Positions 47,823 to 56,919 of a stretch of 64,000 bases of DNA are shown here, piece after piece. The DNA lies in NCBI GenBank assembly GCA_033762295.1, contig JANRLW010000064.1:96001-160000 (forward strand), written 5' to 3'. The DNA comes from Capsulimonadales bacterium (GTDB lineage Bacteria > Armatimonadota > Armatimonadia > Armatimonadales > Armatimonadaceae). The translations under genes were made by a program, and so were the position numbers. Under the pieces are notes generated by a model. It ran no database searches. It saw only the letters and a program-made list of their open reading frames with translations, and was not told the origin of the DNA. Numbering within the stretch: the first letter of the stretch is position 1; the number at the start of each line of letters is the position of its first letter.

Positions 47823-48148
47823 AAAACTGGTTATATCAATGGCTCGATTCTCTCTTTCCGCATACCAAGGACAGTGAAACGCCCTGCCCGCACATGAAGG
47901 GCGTGTTGAGCGAACTCTCGGATGACACCGCTTCCGGCCCGAAACGCTGGTACGCGGTGCAGCATGTGGCCGGATGTCCCGGTTGTTCGCGGACACTCGA
48001 ACGATTGCGCTTGCTGCGGCAGCGTCTGCAGGGATTGAACCGGGAAGCGGAACCGTCCGAGAAGGAAAAGGTGATGCCCCTGTCCCCGGAACGTCGTGCC
48101 GCCGTCGAGGCAGCCTGGGCAAAACTGGATGAAACCTCCCCGAGATAG
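47819..48148 (+). CDS. Zinc-finger (ZAS, HxxxCxxC) anti-sigma factor, soluble
   Basis: C..M...LS...D...QHVAGCPGC; ATGA overlap with the sigma gene; no TM segment. Confidence 0.82.
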   Translation: MKNWLYQWLDSLFPHTKDSETPCPHMKGVLSELSDDTASGPKRWYAVQHVAGCPGCSRTLERLRLLRQRLQGLNREAEPSEKEKVMPLSPERRAAVEAAWAKLDETSPR

Positions 48149-48312
48149 CCGGGGAAAGGAGGATTCCTCCGCATAACGGAAAACGGATGGAGGGCGGGAC
48201 CGTCCTCGATCTTTCGCCGAACTGTCTGCAGAGGGACCGGTCGGCAGGAAGGCTTCCGTGCCGCGCCGAACCGTAAAGACGTTCATCTCCCCGAAAAGGA
48301 ACGAAACGGATT

Positions 48313-50103
48313 ATGACGGGAAATCGGCTCAAAGGGCGCCTGCCAAAGATCGGCATCCGTCCGACCATCGACGGTCGCTACGGCGGCGTGCGCGAATCGC
48401 TCGAAGATATCACAATGAATATGGCACGGGCGACCGCGCAGCTGCTGATCGATAACCTGCAGCATGCCTGCGGCCTTCCGGTGGAGGTCGTCCTGGCGGA
48501 CACCTGTATCGGCGGCGCGGCGGAGGCGGCGGAGTGCGCCGAGAAGTTCGCGCGCGAAGGCGTCGGTGTCCACATCACCGTGACCCCGTGCTGGTGCTAC
48601 GGTTCCGAGACGATGGCGCTCGAACCCGACCTGCCGACGGCGGTCTGGGGATTCAACGGGACCGAACGCCCCGGAGCGGTCTACCTGGCCGCCGTCCTTG
48701 CCGGACACAATCAGAAAGGGCTGCCGGCATTCGGAATCTACGGTCGGGACGTGCAGGACGCCGGGGACGCCAATATTCCGGCCGATGTCGCGGCAAAGCT
48801 TCTTCAGTTTGCCCGCGCCGGTCTGGCCGTGGCGACCATGCGCGGGACCTCCTATCTGGCGATGGGCGGCGTCTCCATGGGAATCGCCGGGTCCGTCGTC
48901 GATCCGACCTTCTTTGAAACCTTTCTCGGAATGCGCTCCGAAACCATCGACATGACGGAGTTCATCCGGCGGATGGAGCGCGGCATCTACGATCGGGACG
49001 AGTACGAACGCGCTCTGGCCTGGGTAAGGACGAACTGCCGCGAAGGCAAGGATTGGAACACCGAGGACAAAAAACGTTCGCGCGAGCAGCTGGATCGAGA
49101 GTGGGAACAGTGCGTCCGAATGGCTCTGATCGCTCGTGACCTGATGATCGGAAACCCGAAACTGGCCGAGATGGGCTTTGTCGAGGAGTCGCGGGGGCAT
49201 AATGCCCTGGCGAGCGGCTTCCAGGGACAGCGGCAATGGACTGATCACTTCCCGAACGGCGATTTTTTGGAAGCCATCCTGACCTCCTCGTTCGACTGGA
49301 ACGGCATCCGGCAGCCGTATATGGTCGCGACGGAAAACGATGCTCTCAACGGTGCGTCCATGCTCTTCGGACACCTGCTCACCGGCGGAACCGCCCAGCT
49401 GTTCGCCGACGTTCGAACGTACTGGTCACCGGAAGCCGTCCGGCGGGTCACCGGACATGAACTCACGGAAAGGGCGGCGGGCGGCATCCTCCACCTGATC
49501 AACTCCGGCCCGGCGGCGCTCGATTGGACCGGCGAACAGACCGAGGACGGAAAACCGGCGCTCAAGCCGTTCAACCGGATCACCGAAGCCGAGGCGCAGG
49601 CGTGCCTCGACGCGACCCGCTGGTGTCCGTCGATGTCCGAGTATTTCCCCGGTGGCGGCTGGTCCACCGACTTCACGACCCGTGGCGGGATGCCCGTGAC
49701 CATGTTCCGGATCAATCTCGTCAAGGGACTGGGGCCGGTTCTCCAGATTGCCGAGGGCTACACCGTCGATCTGCCGGAAGAGGTGCATCGCGCCCTGGAC
49801 GAGCGGACCAACCCGACCTGGCCGACCACCTGGTTCGTGCCGAATGTCACCGGGCAGGGCGCGTTTACCGATGCCTACACGGTCATGCTTCACTGGGGCG
49901 CGAACCACGGCGCGATCTCCTACGGCCATATCGGTGGCGATCTCATCACTCTGGCCTCCATGCTGCGGATTCCCGTCGATATGCACAACGTCCCGACCGA
50001 ACGGGTCTTCCGACCGTCCGCCTGGATGCGGTTCGGTAGCGGAATGGACGAAACGGGCGCCGATTACCGGGCCTGCGCCGTCTACGGACCGCTGTACGGC
50101 TGA
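48313..50103 (+). CDS. fucI: L-fucose isomerase
   Basis: [78 protein letters not shown]. Confidence 0.96.
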   Translation: MTGNRLKGRLPKIGIRPTIDGRYGGVRESLEDITMNMARATAQLLIDNLQHACGLPVEVVLADTCIGGAAEAAECAEKFAREGVGVHITVTPCWCYGSETMALEPDLPTAVWGFNGTERPGAVYLAAVLAGHNQKGLPAFGIYGRDVQDAGDANIPADVAAKLLQFARAGLAVATMRGTSYLAMGGVSMGIAGSVVDPTFFETFLGMRSETIDMTEFIRRMERGIYDRDEYERALAWVRTNCREGKDWNTEDKKRSREQLDREWEQCVRMALIARDLMIGNPKLAEMGFVEESRGHNALASGFQGQRQWTDHFPNGDFLEAILTSSFDWNGIRQPYMVATENDALNGASMLFGHLLTGGTAQLFADVRTYWSPEAVRRVTGHELTERAAGGILHLINSGPAALDWTGEQTEDGKPALKPFNRITEAEAQACLDATRWCPSMSEYFPGGGWSTDFTTRGGMPVTMFRINLVKGLGPVLQIAEGYTVDLPEEVHRALDERTNPTWPTTWFVPNVTGQGAFTDAYTVMLHWGANHGAISYGHIGGDLITLASMLRIPVDMHNVPTERVFRPSAWMRFGSGMDETGADYRACAVYGPLYG

Positions 50104-50179
50104 ATACGACCGGGGACCGATCTTTTCTCGAACGGAGGCGGGGGAACGGTTCCCGGAAGGTGTGCAATATACCCCCGGG

Positions 50180-50188
50180 TGGTATAAT
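50180..50188 (+). promoter_or_regulatory. Extended -10 promoter (TGnTATAAT), probably driving a leaderless transcript
   Basis: TGGTATAAT at 50180-50188, GTG start 6 nt later, no SD in between. Confidence 0.6.
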
Positions 50189-50194
50189 GCCTCC

Positions 50195-50683
50195 GTGACA
50201 CAGCGTGGATTCCGGTTCCGGCTCCCGATCGCGGTGATTCTGGCGGCTTTCCTTATCGGATCGCTACCATTGCCGCAAGTGCGGGCAATCTATCGCCCGC
50301 ACCGGCCCGGTGCGACGACCGTTGGGACGACCGTTGCGACGACCGTTGCGACTCCCAATTCGGCCCGGTGCGCGATGAAGGCGGCCGGGAAGCCGTGCTG
50401 CTGTCCGTCGGCGCTCGCCGGGCCGACCGGGGACACCCCTTCCGAGGAGGTGGCATGTCCTTGCGCCCTGGGCTCCGGCGAACCCCTGCCACCCGACCCG
50501 ACGACCTCCGTTCCGGTGTCTCCTTCCCCGGCGGACTCTCCGACGCGAAGTCACATCTGCACGCCGGCGAATCGGGGGCAGGAGCCTCCGCTTTCGCCGG
50601 CGACCAACTTCGACCCCGTCCCCTTCCGATCCGGAGAGCGTCCGCCCGACGCCGGACGCGCCCCGCCTTCGCCTGACGCGTAA
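50195..50683 (+). CDS. Cys-rich putative leader/arrest peptide with C-terminal RAPP motif (DUF2946/CruR/CutF-like architecture)
   Basis: 3' part of ORF 49748-50683 from GTG 50195: hydrophobic N-terminus, CAM..PCCCP..CPC, Pro-rich tail, GRAPPSPDA*. Confidence 0.7.
   Translation: MTQRGFRFRLPIAVILAAFLIGSLPLPQVRAIYRPHRPGATTVGTTVATTVATPNSARCAMKAAGKPCCCPSALAGPTGDTPSEEVACPCALGSGEPLPPDPTTSVPVSPSPADSPTRSHICTPANRGQEPPLSPATNFDPVPFRSGERPPDAGRAPPSPDA
50314..50352 (+). repeat. 12-bp tandem repeat x3 (GACGACCGTTGS) encoding TTV(G/A)
   Basis: gacgaccgttgg gacgaccgttgc gacgaccgttgc gac. Confidence 0.8.
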
Positions 50684-50742
50684 CGTTGTCTCGGCGGCCT
50701 GTTTTCGCGCCGCCACCGTGTCCACGCTCAGGAGAGGTTTCC

Positions 50743-51918
50743 ATGCTACGTTCCTTTTGGGTTGCCTTGCTCGGCATCGCCCTTCTTTCGTTGCCATCGC
50801 CCGTCCGCGCGCAGGGGAAAAACCCTGTCGAATCGTCAGGACGATATCGTGTCGAACTGCGACTGCCTCCGGCCGGCGTCTATGCCGGAGAGGAGATCGA
50901 TATCGAATTTCGTGTGACCGATACCGCAAAAGCCGACCCGGTTCTCGGTGCGCCCGGAGTCATCCGCGCGCGGATCAAAGCGGCGGTGACCATGCCCTCC
51001 ATGGCCGGGATGCCGGCGATCGTTCCGAAGATCCATTCCGAAGGGGTGCCCGGTGACTACGGTCTGGTCGCGACCTATCCCCACGGCGGGGAGTACCGGA
51101 TCGCCCTCAGTATCACGCCGCCCGGGTCCGAAAGTCCGTTCACGGTGGCGTTCCTCATTGATGTCGGGGATGCGGACGCGCGGCCGAAAGGGCGACCTGT
51201 GAACGCTCCGTACCGCCTCGACGTCAGGTCCAAACCCGAAAAGCCGACCGGGCAGCAGCCGGTCGATCTCGCTCTGCGGGTCCTCGAACGCGCCACAGGC
51301 AGGCCGGTTACCGCGTTCGAGATCGTCCATGAGCAGCCGATGCACCTGATCGTGGTTCGTGAAGACCTCGGGGCGTTCTTCCATGAGCACCCGACACGGA
51401 ACGAGGACGGAACGTTCACCCATCGCTTCACCTTCCCGTCCGGCGGGTTGTGGCGGGTGTTCGGGGATGTCGCGCCGGTCGGCGCGGGCAGTCAGGTACT
51501 GGCAACGACCATCAAGGTCAACGGACCGGTGCCGCCCAGAGCGCCGCTGACGACCGTCCGCGGACCGGTCACCGATCGGGAACTGACACTGACCTTTCCG
51601 ACGGATCGCCTGCCGGAACGCACGCTGTTTCCCTGGACCTTCGACCTGAAGGACTCGGCCGGGATGCCGATCACCGATCTTCAGCCGTGGCTCGGCGCGC
51701 CCGCCCACCTTATTCTGATTTCCGGGGATGGCGAAACGTTCGTCCATTCCCACCCGGATGAGTCCGACCCGAAGAACGGAACCAACGGCAAACTGACCTT
51801 TCTCGTCCGGTTCCCCCGATCGGGCATCTTCAAGGGGTGGCTCCAGTGCCAGCGGGCGAACGAGATCCGGACGCTGCCCTTTGTCGTGCGGGTGCAGGGG
51901 AAGGCGGCGAGCCGATGA
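50743..51918 (+). CDS. Secreted putative heavy-metal (copper)-binding protein: YtkA/FixH-like domain plus two HxHP domains
   Basis: RBS AGGAGAGG; signal peptide; TMPSMAGM; VHEQPMHLIVVREDL..FFHEHP; LQPWLGAPAHLILI.....FVHSHP. Confidence 0.75.
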   Translation: MLRSFWVALLGIALLSLPSPVRAQGKNPVESSGRYRVELRLPPAGVYAGEEIDIEFRVTDTAKADPVLGAPGVIRARIKAAVTMPSMAGMPAIVPKIHSEGVPGDYGLVATYPHGGEYRIALSITPPGSESPFTVAFLIDVGDADARPKGRPVNAPYRLDVRSKPEKPTGQQPVDLALRVLERATGRPVTAFEIVHEQPMHLIVVREDLGAFFHEHPTRNEDGTFTHRFTFPSGGLWRVFGDVAPVGAGSQVLATTIKVNGPVPPRAPLTTVRGPVTDRELTLTFPTDRLPERTLFPWTFDLKDSAGMPITDLQPWLGAPAHLILISGDGETFVHSHPDESDPKNGTNGKLTFLVRFPRSGIFKGWLQCQRANEIRTLPFVVRVQGKAASR

Positions 51919-53831
51919 GCGATTTTCGTTGCCGCTACCTGCCGTTCGTCGTGCTTCCGTGGGTGCTTCTGATTGCGCTGCTCGGAGGACCGAGCTCGGC
52001 GTCGGCGGCGCATCCGCCGAAGAAGGGCGTGAAACGTCCTCCCTCAAAAGCGGCCGCGCAGATCCGCGCGGCCGGACAGCGGATCGACGCGGCGAAAAAG
52101 CGATTGCGTGCGGAGGGGAAGTACGGCTGCTGTCTCAAACCGGCAGCCGGTCGGACGGTCGGGGGCTGTGAGCATTGTCTGAAAACCGCGGGGGAATGCC
52201 GCTGTGCCGCGAACCTTCGGGCGGGCAAAGGGGTGTGCGGACAGTGCGTCGCCGGGTGGAAAGCCGGACAGGGGGCCATCGCCGGCATCGACCGGGACCG
52301 GGTCCGATGGTCGCCGTCCGAGCCGTCCGAGTCGAAAAACGCGGCGACCGAAGTACCCGAACTGATCGAGGCCCGCGAACTCCTGACCATGGCGAAACGA
52401 ACGATGGTCGCCGAGGGACGTTACGTCTGCTGTATCGGGGACGGCGGCTGTGACGAATGCGCCCTGGAGGGGGACTGCCCGTGCGGCATCGAACTCAACG
52501 AAGGCGCGGAAGGGCAGGGGGTCTGCGGTTCCTGCTACGACGGCTGGCATGCCGGTCACGGCAGCTTCGAAGGGGTGGAGATTGCGTCGGTACGACTCAA
52601 CGTCCAGCCGGGCCACGGAAGCGGGGACGACCGGGACGTGTTCGGAATGTTCGGTGACTGGCGGATGAACCGCGAGGGGTCGGGAACCGCCTGGCTGCCG
52701 GACTCCTCGCCCCTGTACGCGCAAATGACCCGCTGGGGCGACTTCCGGACCATGCTCCACGGGTACGGCTACGGCGTTTACACCGATCAGAAAGCCCGGG
52801 GAAACCGGCGCGGCGACGATGGGACGTTCGTTGCTTCCCAGATCATGGGAATGGCCTGGCAGCGCAAAGGGAATGCGATCTTTGGTGGGCGGATGATGCT
52901 TTCGGCCGATCCGTGGACGATCGGAGATTCGGGCTATCCTCTCCTCTTTCAGACGGGGGAGACGGCGAACGGCCGGCCACTGGTCGACCGCCAGCATCCG
53001 CATGACCTGTTTATGGAACTGGCCGCCGCCTATACGCAAAGGCTGACACCGAACGGTGGCGCGTTATCGCTATATCTGGCTCCGGTGGGCGAGCCGGCCA
53101 TCGGTCCGCCCGCCTTCGCCCACCGACCGTCCGCGTTCGACAACCCCGAAGCCCCGATTTCGCATCACTGGTTCGACTCCACCCATATTACGTACGGCGT
53201 GGCGACGGTCGGACTGGCGAATCGCGCCGTCAAACTGGAGGGAAGCCTGTTCACCGGGCGCGAACCGGACGAGAACCGGGAACGGTGGGACCGTTTCCGC
53301 TGGGACTCGACGTCCGTTCGCCTGGCGGCGAACCCGACCCGCGATCTGGCGTTTCAGATCAGCCAGGCGTGGCTCCGACGACCGGAAGCCCTGGAACCGG
53401 ACACCGATCAGCGGCGATACACCGCCTCCGTCCTCTACAACCGGCCGCTGGCCGAGGGGCGCGCCAATCTTCAATCCTCCCTGATGTGGGCGCGTAATCG
53501 GAAGTATGCGCCGGACCATGCCCCGGCGAACAGCGATGCGCTTCTGTTCGAGACCGCCTTTCTCGCTCCGGAAGGGACTCTGTTCGGAAGGTGGGAACGA
53601 ACGGACAAGGACGAACTCTTTCCGGGAATGGAGGACCACCGCGCTTTCCGGGTCAACAAGTTCACTCTGGGAGGCGTTCATAACCTTGCCGCAACGCGCG
53701 GAGCGGAACTGGGTATCGGAGGCAGCGTGTCCGCTTTCTCGATTCCGGCCGGGTTAAAGCCGGACTACGGTTCCTCACCGCTGACGTTCAACCTTTTCCT
53801 GCGGCTCCGGTCGGCGCGGATGATGCACTGA
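51915..53831 (+). CDS. Duplicated 8-Cys domain fused to a putative outer-membrane beta-barrel
   Basis: ATGA overlap; signal peptide; two CC/CxxC/CxC/CxxC repeats; REGSGTAWLPDS, QTGETA...DRQHPHDLFMELA, GEPAIGPPAF.HRPSA, HHWFDSTHITYGV, GREPDENR; alternating beta-strand C-terminus. Confidence 0.75.
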   Translation: MSDFRCRYLPFVVLPWVLLIALLGGPSSASAAHPPKKGVKRPPSKAAAQIRAAGQRIDAAKKRLRAEGKYGCCLKPAAGRTVGGCEHCLKTAGECRCAANLRAGKGVCGQCVAGWKAGQGAIAGIDRDRVRWSPSEPSESKNAATEVPELIEARELLTMAKRTMVAEGRYVCCIGDGGCDECALEGDCPCGIELNEGAEGQGVCGSCYDGWHAGHGSFEGVEIASVRLNVQPGHGSGDDRDVFGMFGDWRMNREGSGTAWLPDSSPLYAQMTRWGDFRTMLHGYGYGVYTDQKARGNRRGDDGTFVASQIMGMAWQRKGNAIFGGRMMLSADPWTIGDSGYPLLFQTGETANGRPLVDRQHPHDLFMELAAAYTQRLTPNGGALSLYLAPVGEPAIGPPAFAHRPSAFDNPEAPISHHWFDSTHITYGVATVGLANRAVKLEGSLFTGREPDENRERWDRFRWDSTSVRLAANPTRDLAFQISQAWLRRPEALEPDTDQRRYTASVLYNRPLAEGRANLQSSLMWARNRKYAPDHAPANSDALLFETAFLAPEGTLFGRWERTDKDELFPGMEDHRAFRVNKFTLGGVHNLAATRGAELGIGGSVSAFSIPAGLKPDYGSSPLTFNLFLRLRSARMMH

Positions 53832-53838
53832 CCCGATC

Positions 53839-53867
53839 GCCGGGATCGGAAGGCTTCGATCCCGGCG
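53839..53867. terminator. Hairpin between convergent genes
   Basis: GCCGGGATCG / CGATCCCGGC stem. Confidence 0.5.
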
Positions 53868-53875
53868 ACGGTGAT

Positions 53876-54238
53876 CTACGGACGGGCGGGCAGGCCCCAG
53901 TTGCTCCGGGCGATCTCGTTTTTCGTCATTCCGGTGTTACCCACTTCCGCCGCCTCACGATGCGGGTGGTGTTCGGCGATCCCTGCCGAACGATGAGCAT
54001 AGCGGATGACACGTTGGGCGAAATCAAGATCGTCCTCGGTCCAGTTTTCCGACTTTTTGTCCAGCAGTTCGAGCACCCGTTCGGCGTGAAACCGACCCGA
54101 CGGCGTCTCCTCGCCATCCTCCAGGCTTGCCATCTCCCGTACCTCCCGGTTCGCCGGGTCGATCCAGGCTCGAATGTTGGCCGGGGTATCGGTCAGGGAA
54201 CGAAACTCCCGGACGGTCTCCTTATCCTTCGTCTCCAT
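53876..54238 (-). CDS. DUF3140-like protein
   Basis: LL.KK...WTEDDL.FA.RVIRY..R......SNWG pattern. Confidence 0.65.
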   Translation of the reverse strand: METKDKETVREFRSLTDTPANIRAWIDPANREVREMASLEDGEETPSGRFHAERVLELLDKKSENWTEDDLDFAQRVIRYAHRSAGIAEHHPHREAAEVGNTGMTKNEIARSNWGLPARP

Positions 54239-54464
54239 CCTCTTCCTCGACTTTCCGAAGTTCCTCCGGACGGTGTGCCGCTTCCGCGCCGGTTTTTTCG
54301 GACGTAACGAGATATTCGGGGTTTTCCTCGGAAGCACGGACCTGATGTCGTTTGATTTGGGTGGGTTCGGTCAGCTTTTTCTCCACCTTGCCCCGAACCT
54401 CCCCTTGCGAGGAGTCCCACGCGACCCGATCGCCCTTCTCGAACGTTTTTTCGGACATGGTCAT
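54222..54464 (-). CDS. DUF2945 / hypervirulence-associated TUDOR-like domain protein
   Basis: FEKGDRVAWDSSQGEVRGKVEKKLT...ASEENPEYLVTSEKTGAEAAHRPEEL. Confidence 0.88.
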   Translation of the reverse strand: MTMSEKTFEKGDRVAWDSSQGEVRGKVEKKLTEPTQIKRHQVRASEENPEYLVTSEKTGAEAAHRPEELRKVEEEDGDEG

Positions 54465-54529
54465 TGTCCCTTTCCGTCCATCGGACGGGGAGGTTCCGGG
54501 ATGGGTTCCGGGAGGGATTCCGGGGGGTG

Positions 54530-55105
54530 TCATTCTCGAATGCCGGTATAGGCGAGCGGAACGGCTCGACGGCAAAGCGGGCAATCGGCGGCGGGGAAGA
54601 GGGAAAACGGGGGCGGCATCAAAGAGTGGATCGGTACCCCGGCGATGCGGTCGCCCTGGCGGTTGACCCAGGCCGAAACCCCGAGAAATTCCAGTCCCGT
54701 CCCCGGAATGAAATCCGCATGGCGACGAACCTCGGTTCCGGAGAAGACCAGGTCCTCCACGAGAATCGCCCGGTGGCCGGAAGCGGGGAGGTGCATTCTA
54801 TGGAAGGACAACATGTCACCCTCGGAGACGGTCAGAGCGATCGGAAGGTCCAGAAAGCGTGCCACTGCCGCCGCGACCACGGCGCCGCACTCGCCCGTGC
54901 ACACGATCAGGTCGGCGTCGCGAAACCGGGTACGGATCGCTGCGGCCTGGCGTTCCGCGACCGTATCGAGCACGGCAACGTTTCGGATGATGGCTCCCTT
55001 CTCCAGCCAGCCATCGCCATGCAGTCCGTTACGGAACGCCGTATGCCCGGCGAACCACCCCGCGTTTTGCCGGAAAAGAGAGGCAAGGTAAAGACTGTTG
55101 TCCAT
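54530..55105 (-). CDS. Type I phosphoribosyltransferase (divergent PyrE-like)
   Basis: GHTAFRNGLHGDGWLEK; PRPP-binding AILVEDLVFSG; C-terminal CPLC. Confidence 0.75.
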   Translation of the reverse strand: MDNSLYLASLFRQNAGWFAGHTAFRNGLHGDGWLEKGAIIRNVAVLDTVAERQAAAIRTRFRDADLIVCTGECGAVVAAAVARFLDLPIALTVSEGDMLSFHRMHLPASGHRAILVEDLVFSGTEVRRHADFIPGTGLEFLGVSAWVNRQGDRIAGVPIHSLMPPPFSLFPAADCPLCRRAVPLAYTGIRE

Positions 55106-55159
55106 AGTCGTTCGGGATTATACACGGAAATGGGGACAGCCCGGCGGTATATTCGAAAC

Positions 55160-55615
55160 ATGCGCGTCAACCATCTCAATATCGTCGTCTCCGATATGGA
55201 GCGCAGCCTGGCGTTCTATGTCGGTCTGCTCGGAATGCGAATCACGTTCGAAACCGAGTTATCGGGAGAGTGGATCGATACCGTGGTCGGCTTGGCGGGG
55301 GTGCGGGCGCGGTGCGTCTTCGTGCAACCGGAGGGCGGTGGCTGCCGTTTCGAACTGCTGCAATACATCGAACCGAGCGGTGCCGCGATTCCGGAGAACC
55401 GTCTGGCCCATACCCTGGGACTGCGGCATCTGGCGGTGGAGGTAAATGACCTCGATGCGGACTACGCCCGTCTGACCGCGGCGGGAGTCGAGGCGATCTC
55501 CGCCCCCGTCACCGTTCCGTTTCGTTTGATGGACGGCATTCGGAAGCGGCTTTGCTATCTTCGTGACCCGGACGGCGTCATTGTCGAAATCTGCGAGCAT
55601 CGTCTGATGCCCTGA
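55160..55615 (+). CDS. VOC/glyoxalase family protein
   Basis: VNHLNIVVSDMERSLAFY..LLG, FELLQY, GLRHLAVEV, YLRDPDGVIVEI. Confidence 0.9.
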   Translation: MRVNHLNIVVSDMERSLAFYVGLLGMRITFETELSGEWIDTVVGLAGVRARCVFVQPEGGGCRFELLQYIEPSGAAIPENRLAHTLGLRHLAVEVNDLDADYARLTAAGVEAISAPVTVPFRLMDGIRKRLCYLRDPDGVIVEICEHRLMP

Positions 55616-55699
55616 TCGGCCGGAAACGTCCGGTGGGGAATACCGGAACCCGGTGTCGGTAATACAGTCTTTTTACCGTCGATGTTTATGAGGTAAAAG

Positions 55700-56830
55700 A
55701 TGACACTGGCTTTCGCGCCCGACGCCTCCGCTGCGGCGGTTGAAAATGACGTTGATATTGACGAGGATGAAGTACCGGCAGGAAACGGGCGGCGTTGTGT
55801 AACGGTGATCTTCAACCCGGTTTCCGGTCAGACCGACCCGGACTGGCGTTCGCGTCAGATTTCGGAGGCGCTTGCCCGACACGGCTATACATGCCAGTTC
55901 ATCGCGACGTCGGAGGAGCGCGACGCCGGGTTGCTGGCGACGGAAGCGATCCGCGACGGCGTCGACCTGCTTGCCGTCTCCGGCGGCGACGGAACCGTGA
56001 TGGCCGCCCTGTCCGCCCTCGTCGGTACGGAGATTCCGATCGCCATCCTCCCGGCAGGAACCGGCAACCTTCTGTCGGTGAATCTCGGGATTCCGATGGG
56101 CGTTCCCGAAGCCGTGGAGGTCGCGCTGTCCGGAAGGCCGTATCGCCTGGACCTGGCGCGGACGCCGGAGGGACGCTTTTTCGCCGTCATGGGTGGGATC
56201 GGTCTGGATGGAAGGATTATTGAGGAGGCGGACCGTTCGGCAAAGAAACGACTGGGCGTTCTGGCCTACTTTCTGGCGGCCTTTCGCAATCTCGCCAACC
56301 GGCCCGCCTCGGTGTTGATCTATCTGGAGGACCGTCCGCCGATCCGGAGACGCGCCAAAAGCGTGCTGATCGGCAACATGGGGAAGATGACGGGCGGCCT
56401 GGAGGCGTTGCCCACCGCTTCGCCGAATGACGGCCTTCTCGATATCGCGATTCTGAAACCGAACTCATTGGCGCAGTGGCTGCGGCTTTTTTGGTTCGCG
56501 CTACGCGGGCGTTCCCAGGAGGCCCCGGAACTGGAGGTTTACCAGGCTCGCCGTGTCCGTATCCGTGCGGTCTCTCCGCATCCCATCCAGTTTGACGGGG
56601 AGCAGGGGGGCTATGCCAGCGAACTGGCGGCGGCGGTGGTGCCCCGGGCGGTATCCGTACTGCTTCCGGAGGAGTCACCGGCTGCGCGCGATGCGGTCGG
56701 CGCGCCGGCGCAAACCGCCCGAAAGGCCGCCGACCGTCGTCTCATGGTCGCCGGAGGCGTTCTTCTTTTCATGGCGGCGGCAGGATGGCTGATTCGCGCT
56801 TTCGTCGGTCGTCAGCGTCCGATTGGATGA
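55700..56830 (+). CDS. Diacylglycerol/lipid kinase family protein (YegS/BmrU-like)
   Basis: FNPVSG, GGDGT, LPAGTGN, GIGLDG, DGLLD, QFDGE; C-terminal TM helix. Confidence 0.9.
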   Translation: MTLAFAPDASAAAVENDVDIDEDEVPAGNGRRCVTVIFNPVSGQTDPDWRSRQISEALARHGYTCQFIATSEERDAGLLATEAIRDGVDLLAVSGGDGTVMAALSALVGTEIPIAILPAGTGNLLSVNLGIPMGVPEAVEVALSGRPYRLDLARTPEGRFFAVMGGIGLDGRIIEEADRSAKKRLGVLAYFLAAFRNLANRPASVLIYLEDRPPIRRRAKSVLIGNMGKMTGGLEALPTASPNDGLLDIAILKPNSLAQWLRLFWFALRGRSQEAPELEVYQARRVRIRAVSPHPIQFDGEQGGYASELAAAVVPRAVSVLLPEESPAARDAVGAPAQTARKAADRRLMVAGGVLLFMAAAGWLIRAFVGRQRPIG

Positions 56831-56919
56831 CTCGGAAAGTAACTCAAGAAATGAACTAAATCTTCCGAAAATGCAGACATAGAGTCGACCTGTCATAGCA
56901 TCTTTCGGGAGAATCCGCA

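Noticed and set aside
50314..50352. Short tandem repeats (also TTAGCGAG x2 near 40297-40316) as CRISPR-like arrays
   Set aside because: Units are 8-12 bp with no unique spacers and no cas genes; the first is an in-frame coding repeat.
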